Shown here: positions 1 to 6,490 of the stretch, one piece after another
How the letters are laid out: every line of letters starts with the position of its first letter
How positions within the stretch are numbered: position 1 is the first letter of the stretch
From: Prasinococcaceae sp. CCMP 1430
Taxonomy: Eukaryota; Plantae; Prasinodermophyta
Assembly (NCBI GenBank): GCA_013416795.1
Contig: RQSC01000510.1
Location: forward strand, 1 to 7,360
Length of the DNA: 7,360 bases
Direction of reading: 5' to 3'
The notes under the pieces: generated by a model
Database searches by the model: none
Told to the model about the DNA's origin: nothing
The model's input: the letters and a program-made list of their open reading frames with translations, nothing else
Translations under genes and position numbers: made by a program

Positions 1-423
1 GCCGACCGCCGGGCGCGCGAACTCCGCCGGCGGCGCGGCGAGCGGCGCGCGCGTGACCGCGTCGGCGAGGATGACCTCGAGAACGCCCTCCCTGCCCGGC
101 GCCACGCGCCCGTTGCGCCGCGCCACCTCCTGCGGCGTCATGGCGTCGAGCGCGCGCCGCCGGTAGAGTATCGTGCCGATCACCTGCTCGATCTCGGCGT
201 CGACGCGCCGCAGGTGCACCTGCGCGGGCACCACGTAGGCTAGGTGCTTGGCGATCGAGTAGGCGCCCGCCAGGCTCAGCCACGTGAGCATGAGGGCGCC
301 GAAGGCGTTGCCCAGCGCGCTGGCGCCCGCGGGCGTGTCGAGCGACGCCAGCACGCGCATCGCGAGCGGCAGCGACGACACCTCGGCGGCGCTCGCGGCG
401 CCCGTGACGGCCGCCGAGGGCGC
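1..423 (-). CDS. Hypothetical membrane protein, internal fragment (open at both ends; 141 codons)
   Basis: Stop-free minus frame from 423 to 1 with almost all codons ending in G/C. It translates as APSAAVTGAASAAEVSSLPLAMRVLASLDTPAGASALGNAFGALMLTWLSLAGAYSIAKHLAYVVPAQVHLRRVDAEIEQVIGTILYRRRALDAMTPQEVARRNGRVAPGREGVLEVILADAVTRAPL..., with one hydrophobic segment (AFGALMLTWLSLAGAYSIA). It is absent from the ORF track, probably because no stop lies in the window. Family not recognised. Confidence 0.55.
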
Positions 424-425
424 CG

Positions 426-426
426 N
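426..426. other. Single-n assembly junction
   Basis: Isolated n at 426. The high-GC3 reading frame on the left ends here; the right side is the 3' flank of the golgin gene. Confidence 0.8.
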
Positions 427-510
427 ACACACGCGCTCGCGTCTCGCGTCACATCACACGGATGGCGTCGTGCATCCAGGTGGTCACCAGCTCCTGCGCG
501 TTTTTCTTAC

Positions 511-1635
511 TCATGACGCGCCGAACATGGAAGACAGCCACGCCCCTGCGCTGTCTGCTGCGGCTGCCGCGCCCGCGAGCGGCACGGCACCCGCCGCAGC
601 CGTCTCATATGCGGTGCGAATGCGCTTCACCTCCTCCGGCGACATCTTGAGCAAGGTCGCCACGACAGGCAGCAGTGCCTCGAATTCGCCCGTCTCCAAC
701 AGCTTGACGATCGTGCATTTCAGGTACTCCATGTCGGTGACCTCCTTGCCCATGCGCTCGAGCTCGGCGGCGCGGCGCAGCGCACGGATCTCGTCCTTGA
801 GCACGCTGCACTGCAGCGCGTTGCGCTCGGCGTCCAACTCGTACTCGCGCATCTCCGCAATCGCCTCCATCGCCTCGCGTCGCGCGCCGGCGAGCTCCTC
901 GTCACGTGTCGACTGCACAGCGGCGAGTTGCAGCAGCTTCGCCTCCATGTCGCTGTTAGCACGCTGCAGGGCGCCGCCGTTCGCAGCCGTCGTGTCGACT
1001 GCCGCCCCCCCCACGCCAACGCCGGCGGCGCGCGGCTGAAGCCGGATGTTCGCAGCCTCCTGCAGCAGCCGACTCACTTCGGCGTCCTTTGCCTCGAGCA
1101 TGCTGGCGGACAGCTCACGGAAGTGCGCGAACTCCTCCTTCAGCGCATTGTATTCGCTACGCAAGGTGACAAGCGAGCCGGCGTCCGCCGCGGCGGATGC
1201 GGTGCTCACGCTGGGATTGCTTCGCGCACTTTCGTGGCCGCGTCTGGGCGATCCCAAGAGCGAGCTTGGGCCCTCGGGCGCTTGGTTTGGGCCCGTCGAT
1301 GAGCCATCCGCTTGCGCCAGCGCTCCTTCTGCCTCGGCAAGGCGCCCCTCGAGCTCGGCACATCTGGCGCGAAGGTCAGCCTCTACACGCTGTTCCGTCT
1401 TCTCCTTCGCCTTCAGCCGGGATTGCACGCCCTGGAGCTTCGCCTCCATCGCCTCGAGCTCGGCTTCGGCGTCGGCGGCGGCCGCCTCTGAGGACGTCAC
1501 GAGAGCGTCAACACGAGCTGTGGCCGCATCGAGCTCTGCCTGCAGTCTGTGCTCAGCCTCTCGCGCATCGGAGAGATCACGTTCGAGCTGGGCACGCGCA
1601 TCACCGCCTTGCGCCTCCTCGAGCTCCTCGTCCTC
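511..1635 (-). CDS. GRIP-domain golgin (trans-Golgi coiled-coil tether, plant AtGRIP-like), 5'-truncated
   Basis: C-terminal TDMEYLKCTIVKLLETGEFEALLPVVATLLKMSPEEVKRIRTAY matches the GRIP domain pattern (YLK..l.k.LETGE.EALLPVV..LL..SPEE). It is preceded by long E/A/L/R-rich heptad coiled coil, and the stop TGA is at 513-511. The frame extends upstream of the ORF-track GTG start at 1500 as EDEELEEAQGGDARAQLERDLSDAREAEHRLQAELDAATARVDAL to ~1635, with no ATG before an in-frame stop at 1734-1732, so the 5' end is missing. Confidence 0.9.
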   Translation of the reverse strand, partial: EDEELEEAQGGDARAQLERDLSDAREAEHRLQAELDAATARVDALVTSSEAAAADAEAELEAMEAKLQGVQSRLKAKEKTEQRVEADLRARCAELEGRLAEAEGALAQADGSSTGPNQAPEGPSSLLGSPRRGHESARSNPSVSTASAAADAGSLVTLRSEYNALKEEFAHFRELSASMLEAKDAEVSRLLQEAANIRLQPRAAGVGVGGAAVDTTAANGGALQRANSDMEAKLLQLAAVQSTRDEELAGARREAMEAIAEMREYELDAERNALQCSVLKDEIRALRRAAELERMGKEVTDMEYLKCTIVKLLETGEFEALLPVVATLLKMSPEEVKRIRTAYETAAAGAVPLAGAAAAADSAGAWLSSMFGAS

Positions 1636-1647
1636 CCCCGCACACAG

Positions 1648-2365
1648 GGCCCCCTCCGGTGGCGGGCGCGGCCATCGACGCCGCGCTGCTCGTGGCGCAC
1701 GGAAAGCTCTCGCCGCTGGAGCTCGACACGGTCATGGTGAGGACAATTGTTTTTTTTGTGTGTGTTTGGGTGTGTGTGTGTGGGAGCGTGTGTGGGTGTG
1801 AAAAGCGCTCGCCTCGCCTCGGCGCGCGCGCGGCCCGCGCGCTCGGGGTGTCCCGCTGACGCGCCGGCGGCCGCGCGCGCGCGCGCAGGACGACCTGCAC
1901 GAGGGCAAGGCCGACGTGCTCGTCTCCACCACGATCGTGGAGAACGGCCTGGACATCAACAGCGTCAACACCATCCTCGTGGAGGACGCGCAGCAGTTCG
2001 GCCTCGCGCAGCTGCACCAGCTGAGGGGCCGCGTCGGCCGCGGCGCCGAGCAGGCGTACGCGCACTTCCTCATCGGCAACGCCACGTGGCAGCGCCCCAC
2101 CACGCTCGAGATGCTCGCCGCGGAGGGCGGCGCGGGGGGGCTGCAGCACGACCGCCTGGCCAAGCTCAAGGAGGAGCAGTCGCTCGGGGGTGGCTTCGCC
2201 ATCGCCAAGTTCGACGCGCAGCTGCGCGGCTACGGCGAGCTCTTCGGCATGCGGCAGTCGGGCTTCGACGCGGGCAGCGTGGGCGAGGAGATGATGCTCG
2301 AGCTCATCCACGACGCGATGGCGCGCGCGCAGTTCGGGCGGCGCGCGCGGGGCGGTGCGGCCTGA
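1648..2365 (+). CDS. mfd: Mfd/TRCF-like (RecG/Mfd family) SF2 DNA translocase, C-terminal part; exons 1648-1736 and 1889-2365
   Basis: Spliced translation: ...LLVAHGKLSPLELDTVM|DDLHEGKADVLVSTTIVENGLDINSVNTILVEDAQQFGLAQLHQLRGRVGRGAEQAYAHFL...RLAKLKEEQSLGGGFAIAKFDAQLRGYGELFGMRQSG. This contains helicase motifs IV-VI (AHG, STTIVENGLDI, FGLAQLHQLRGRVGR) and the TRG motif of RecG/Mfd. AHG, QAYA, LGGGF and the following VG..M.LE helix favour Mfd over RecG. Upstream acceptor cacacAG at 1646-1647; TGA at 2363-2365. Confidence 0.85.
1737..1888 (+). other. Spliceosomal intron (152 nt, phase 0) in the Mfd-like gene
   Basis: ATG|GTGAGG donor, GCTGACGC branch site (A at 1859) and gcgcAG|GAC acceptor. Removal joins the helicase motifs in frame. 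Contains a T/GT-rich tract. Confidence 0.9.
1749..1800 (+). repeat. Imperfect (GT)n/T-rich microsatellite in intron
   Basis: T-run followed by gtgtgtgtttgggtgtgtgtgtgtgggagcgtgtgtgggtgtg, read directly. Confidence 0.85.
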
Positions 2366-2437
2366 CAGCAGCATTTTAGATCAAAAATTTTCAGTGTTTA
2401 CCGTAAAAGTGACTTTCAGGCATCAAGGCAGGGTACA

Positions 2438-4924
2438 CTACAAACGCTGCATATTCCCCCTCCCGCGCGCGAGGGCGCGCTCGCGCGCGCCAGTGATGAG
2501 GAAGAAGCACAGGGTGCCCGCGGCCACCTTCAGCGTGCGCAGCAAGAGGGACATACGGATATCGATGTGTGCATATCGGAGGCTGCGAGAGAAAAGGAGA
2601 ATCGCGCAGAACGCCAGCGCTATGATGAAGTTCTCCTCGGCGCTGGACGCCGCCTCGAACACATCGCTGTAGCTCTCGTACGGCTTGGTCACGCGGTCCG
2701 CCCATTCCTGTATTTCTCCGATCCAACTGTCATGGATGAGCTCACTCACGTTGCTGCTCTCCGAGTCGTTCAGGGACTGCTCGCAGAACTCGATAGGCGT
2801 CAGCACCTCAGAGAAGTTGAGGCCGTTCTGCGTCTGATTGTCCCTCAAAGAAATGAGGGTGTCGTAGACGCTGTCGCCTATTGGCGCCGAGAGGCGGTAG
2901 TTCATAAGGAGCGCGTTGATGTAGTTGGGCCAGCTGACGTTCTTCCACCCCTCGGGCAAAGGCATGGCCGGCTGGGTTGCGTTCCCGCAGATGCGGTCGA
3001 TGTCCTCGCAGCAGTTGCCGTAGATGTAGCAGAGCGCCGCGTCACAGATGCAGCCGCCAGACGCATTCCCCACACCTCCCGTGCTCGTGAAGCCACACCA
3101 CGTGACATTCTCAAGCAGCTCGAAGTGCTCGACGCCGGATGGTAGCACTTCAACGGCACCCTGCACGCAGCTACGATTGGCGGGCGTCAAAGTGTGGTCG
3201 AAGTCCGGCGTGAGCGGCGACGCGGTCGTGTTCGCACGCGGGTAAAGCCACGGCGTGCCATCCCAATAATAGGCCTCCTCGCCATTGAGTGCCGACGCCA
3301 GGAATGAATCGCGCAGAAAGGATCGTTGCGCGTCTGGTGCGTAGTTGGAAAATACCAGGTCGCCAAGCTGCTCGTTGCTGCAAACTTGGAAGCAGTTTCC
3401 GTAGGCCGTTGCGCAACAAAAGGGCGTGAGGACCACCTCAAAGGTCTCGCACGTGGCAAAGGTACTGTTTCCGCAGCAATATTCGGTGATGTTGTCCCAT
3501 GTCTCTGCGCCCATGGGCACGTCCGCATCCAAGTCGAGGCAGTCCTCGCACGAGGCGGACAGCGCCTTGTGGCGGTCGACGTAGACTCCGTACAGGATGA
3601 TCGTCGCGATCATCACGCCTAGCGTCAGGAGGTCGAACCAAAACCACTTGCGTGAGAAAGCCCTTCCAAAGGAGACTACGGTGCGCCACCAGAGCGACTG
3701 CACGCTCCCACGCAGGCCGCGCTCGATGACGCAGAGCCGGCCGAAGATAGGACCAAACAAGAAGAACAGTGTGAAGAAGCAGAAGACGACCTGAAAAACG
3801 CCCAGGGCAACGCCCTGCGCGCCCGGGTAGAGGTTCACTGGCAAAAACGTGTAGCTAACGGCGTCCGTGCTGCCGTCAAAGGTGACAAGCACCCACAGTG
3901 AGTCGGTGCTACCACCAGCAGCGCGAGTCTCATCGACGCTCGCCATCTCGGAGTACGTGGCGCCCTCATTCGAGATAGATCCATCCACCCTGGAGCGCTC
4001 GCTCTGCGGCACCTCGCGCAGCAGCATGTGCCACCTCAGACCGATCCGCATCGGGCACTCGTCCAGCCCGCCGGAGCTGGTGCGGCTTACGGACGTGGCG
4101 GTGGCGCAGCGCGTGTCATTGGCGAGCCCTTGTGTCGCAAAGCCCATCACTGCCGAGTCGATCGGTGCGCAAAGGTCGTGCATGTTGTGGTACGACGTTG
4201 ACCGCCTTCGGGCGACCTCGCATGCGTCGGGAACCTCCCCAGAGGCGCAGAGGAGCTCGATCTGCGCCTGCACGCGATTGCTACCTCCTATCGACCAACC
4301 ATAGCTGGCGCCGAAGTCCCAATTGAGCTCGGAGGCTGTGGCACGGTCAACTGCGTCCCAGTCGGAGAGGGGGCGAGAATTTGCGTTGTCGCCGCCGCTC
4401 GTCGTGTTCACCGTGCCGGTGAGGTCATCGAGGTGCGGTGTAAAGTCGAAGCCCAGGCTCTGGTGGAATCGTATGCCGAATGAGATATCTGTGTCGCCAA
4501 GCTCATTCCGCGGCTCGCCATCAGTGAGGGACATGGTGAGCCAGCTGCTGTACAAGAGGAAGCTGTCGTGCAGCCGAAAATCGTCGAAGGAGCACCCGAC
4601 GCAGCGCGTCGGCCGGTGGAAGACGCGTGACACCTGAGTGGACCATTGCCACGCCTTCTGCGTCTCGCTGGTGATGCGTTCCGTGTCGACCAGCGCGTTC
4701 CCTACCTCCCACAGCGCCACTGGCGGACACAGCCCCGGCGTGGTGCGCCCGAGGCCGCGCGGGCCGTAGCCATTAGTGGTGAGCACACCGTTGTCGGAGC
4801 CCTTTGCAAATAGATTGTCAAGGTCGGCCGCGATGGACGCGCGCTCGCCGTACGAGCGTAGCGTCGGCAAGAGCTGCAGCATCACGATGAAGCACGCCAG
4901 AAAGAAGATGTACAGCAGCGGCTC
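2438..4924 (-). CDS. Polycystin-2/TRPP-like cation channel, partial (S1, TOP loop, S2, S3, enlarged S3-S4 loop, S4, start of S5); pore and S6 absent
   Basis: One uninterrupted frame. S1 EPLLYIFFLACFIVMLQLL resembles PKD2 S1 (ELvtYllFL). A ~350-aa S1-S2 loop ends in VLVTFDGSTDAVSYTFLPVNLY, like the end of the TOP domain. S2 VFQVVFCFFTLFFLF; pre-S3/S3 AFSRKWFWFDLLTLGVMIATIILYGVY; S4 and linker ILLFSRSLRYAHIDIRMSLLLRTLKVAAGTLCFFLIT, comparable to PKD2 [30 protein letters not shown]. The first 45 aa of the listed 873-aa ORF lie across the n at 4925 and do not belong to this gene. The last ~17 codons (2438-2490) are probably non-coding. Confidence 0.75.
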   Translation of the reverse strand, partial: EPLLYIFFLACFIVMLQLLPTLRSYGERASIAADLDNLFAKGSDNGVLTTNGYGPRGLGRTTPGLCPPVALWEVGNALVDTERITSETQKAWQWSTQVSRVFHRPTRCVGCSFDDFRLHDSFLLYSSWLTMSLTDGEPRNELGDTDISFGIRFHQSLGFDFTPHLDDLTGTVNTTSGGDNANSRPLSDWDAVDRATASELNWDFGASYGWSIGGSNRVQAQIELLCASGEVPDACEVARRRSTSYHNMHDLCAPIDSAVMGFATQGLANDTRCATATSVSRTSSGGLDECPMRIGLRWHMLLREVPQSERSRVDGSISNEGATYSEMASVDETRAAGGSTDSLWVLVTFDGSTDAVSYTFLPVNLYPGAQGVALGVFQVVFCFFTLFFLFGPIFGRLCVIERGLRGSVQSLWWRTVVSFGRAFSRKWFWFDLLTLGVMIATIILYGVYVDRHKALSASCEDCLDLDADVPMGAETWDNITEYCCGNSTFATCETFEVVLTPFCCATAYGNCFQVCSNEQLGDLVFSNYAPDAQRSFLRDSFLASALNGEEAYYWDGTPWLYPRANTTASPLTPDFDHTLTPANRSCVQGAVEVLPSGVEHFELLENVTWCGFTSTGGVGNASGGCICDAALCYIYGNCCEDIDRICGNATQPAMPLPEGWKNVSWPNYINALLMNYRLSAPIGDSVYDTLISLRDNQTQNGLNFSEVLTPIEFCEQSLNDSESSNVSELIHDSWIGEIQEWADRVTKPYESYSDVFEAASSAEENFIIALAFCAILLFSRSLRYAHIDIRMSLLLRTLKVAAGTLCFFLITGARERALARGRGNMQRL
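2987..3052 (-). other. Somatomedin-B-like cysteine motif within the channel ORF
   Basis: CICDAALCYIYGNCCEDIDRIC has spacing C-x-C-x4-C-x5-CC-x-D-x4-C, versus vitronectin SMB CQCDELCSYYQSCCTDYTAEC (C-x-C-x3-C-x5-CC-x-D-x4-C). Confidence 0.65.
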
Positions 4925-4925
4925 N
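4925..4925. other. Single-n assembly junction
   Basis: Isolated n separating the minus-strand channel (moderate GC) from the plus-strand TPR gene (very high GC). Both genes lose their 5' ends here. Confidence 0.85.
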
Positions 4926-6042
4926 CGCGCGGCGTCGCAGGCGCTCGCGGCGGCGGCGGCGGCGGCGCCGGACGACCCCGTGCTGTGGTCGGAGCTGGGC
5001 AACGCGCACCGCGCGATGGGCGACGCGACCACCGCCATCGCGTGCTTCGAGGCGGCCATCCGGCTGCAGCCGCACCCGGACTACTACCTCAACCTCGGTG
5101 CGGAGCGCGGGGCGCCGAGCGCGAGCGCGCGGAGCATGGAGCGCGATCGCGCGAGCGGGGGAGACAGAGAGACGGGGAGAGAATATGCAGGGGGGCGGCG
5201 TGGACTGCGACCTGGCAGCTGACGCGCCCCATTCCACCCTCAACATTCCCCTCCCGACGCAACCCTCTGCGCACACACAAACGCACACAACAACGACACC
5301 CACGACACCAACGCACACCCACCACACCCCTTCCTTCCCCTTGCCCCACCACCGCCTCACACAACAACAACAACAACATAATAGGCTCGACGCACGCGGC
5401 CATCGACGAGCTGGAGGAGGCCACCCGGCTGTACGCGATGGGCCTGCAGCTCAACCCGCGGCACGCGCTGCTGCAGTTCGCCGCCGGCGCGGCGCACGCC
5501 GCCGCGGGGCGCCCCGACGAGGCCTCGCGCGCCTTCGAGGCCGTGCTGCGCACGCAGCCCGACTTCGTGGCCGCGCGGCAGTACCTGGACGTGCTGCGCG
5601 CCGAGAACCCGCTGTGGTGGCACTCGAGCGGCTACCTCGCGGCGATGCTCACCGCGGCGGCCGCCGCGCTGGCCGCCGCGCAGCAGGTGCGCCCTTCCCC
5701 TCCCTCCTTTGTTGCCCGATGCCACCCCCCTTCTCGCCTGACCGCTCGCGTCCGCTGACGCCCGCGCCCTCTCCCTTTGCCCTTGGCTCCGACGCCGCAC
5801 CCACCCACCCAAACCCACACAAACCCACCCCACCCCAAACCCACCCCAAACCCACCGCCCATGTTGTGCCCCTCCGCGCGCAGGCGATCAGCTGGCTGCT
5901 CCTGCGGGGGACGTCGGAGCTCGAGTGGGACATCAGCGAGGGCGGCGGCGGCAACGGCGGCACCTCCGACGCGGGAGGCGGCGAAGGCGGAGGCGGGGGC
6001 GGCGGGCGCGGCGGAGGGGGCGGGAGGCGCGGCGGAGCGCCC
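4926..6042 (+). CDS. Tetratricopeptide-repeat (TPR) protein, partial; exons 4926-5097, 5385-5686, 5884-6042+
   Basis: Spliced translation: ...APDDPVLWSELGNAHRAMGDATTAIACFEAAIRLQPHPDYYLNLG|STHAAIDELEEATRLYAMGLQLNPRHALLQFAAGAAHAAAGRPDEASRAFEAVLRTQPDFVAARQYLDVLRAENPLWWHSSGYLAAMLTAAAAALAAAQQ|AISWLLLRGTSELEWDISEGGGG.... At least three ~34-aa TPR units show W..LG..., A...F..A....P spacing, followed by a hydrophobic stretch and a Gly-rich tail running into the gap. Confidence 0.85.
5098..5384 (+). other. Spliceosomal intron (287 nt, phase 1) in the TPR gene
   Basis: G|GTGCGG donor, GCTGACGC branch site (A at 5222) and aatAG|GC acceptor. Splicing restores the TPR LG motif in frame. Confidence 0.9.
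5362..5376 (+). repeat. (CAA)5 microsatellite just before the acceptor
   Basis: caacaacaacaacaa read directly; it produces the spurious NNNNN in the ORF track. Confidence 0.8.
5687..5883 (+). other. Spliceosomal intron (197 nt, phase 0) in the TPR gene
   Basis: CAG|GTGCGC donor, GCTGACGC branch site (A at 5758), C/A-rich tract and gcgcAG|GCG acceptor. The frame is preserved. Confidence 0.85.
5941..6042 (+). repeat. Imperfect (GGC/GGA)n low-complexity tract encoding a Gly-rich segment
   Basis: ggcggcggcggcaacggcggc...ggcggaggcgggggcggcgggcgcggcggagggggcggg directly abuts the N gap. Confidence 0.8.
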
Positions 6043-6490
6043 NNNNNNNNNNNNNNNNNNNNNNNNNNNNNNNNNNNNNNNNNNNNNNNNNNNNNNNNNN
6101 NNNNNNNNNNNNNNNNNNNNNNNNNNNNNNNNNNNNNNNNNNNNNNNNNNNNNNNNNNNNNNNNNNNNNNNNNNNNNNNNNNNNNNNNNNNNNNNNNNNN
6201 NNNNNNNNNNNNNNNNNNNNNNNNNNNNNNNNNNNNNNNNNNNNNNNNNNNNNNNNNNNNNNNNNNNNNNNNNNNNNNNNNNNNNNNNNNNNNNNNNNNN
6301 NNNNNNNNNNNNNNNNNNNNNNNNNNNNNNNNNNNNNNNNNNNNNNNNNNNNNNNNNNNNNNNNNNNNNNNNNNNNNNNNNNNNNNNNNNNNNNNNNNNN
6401 NNNNNNNNNNNNNNNNNNNNNNNNNNNNNNNNNNNNNNNNNNNNNNNNNNNNNNNNNNNNNNNNNNNNNNNNNNNNNNNNNNNNNNNNNN
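6043..6490. other. Scaffold gap (448 N)
   Basis: Run of n from 6043 to 6490. Confidence 1.

Noticed and set aside
1-423. Leftmost fragment as the missing S5-pore-S6 exon of the channel (same strand)
   Set aside because: No pore helix or S6-like motif (e.g. F...lLNm.iAii), different codon bias, and it is separated by an n junction and two other genes.
450-515. Small minus-strand ORF MSKKNAQELVTTWMHDAIRVM overlapping the golgin stop
   Set aside because: Only 21 codons with no recognisable motif; consistent with chance in a 3' UTR.
284-1859. Long plus-strand ORFs (284-1039, 1046-1801, 1197-1859) and similar overlapping ORFs elsewhere
   Set aside because: Ser/Ala/Arg-rich antisense or off-frame shadows expected in GC-rich coding DNA. 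Only the part of 1197-1859 at 1648-1736 is a real Mfd exon.
2436-2444. CACTACAAA resembling a CACTA transposon end
   Set aside because: No matching inverted end, subterminal repeats or target duplication is visible in the window.
2464-2489. Perfect 10-bp hairpin (cgcgcgcgag / ctcgcgcgcg) as a terminator or MITE
   Set aside because: (GC)n runs are self-complementary by nature; there is no U-tract, and the context is eukaryotic.
4925-5059. N-terminal 45 aa of the 873-aa ORF (MAASKHAM...) as a channel N-terminus or signal peptide
   Set aside because: It is the antisense of the TPR exon read through the n at 4925; composition changes at the n.
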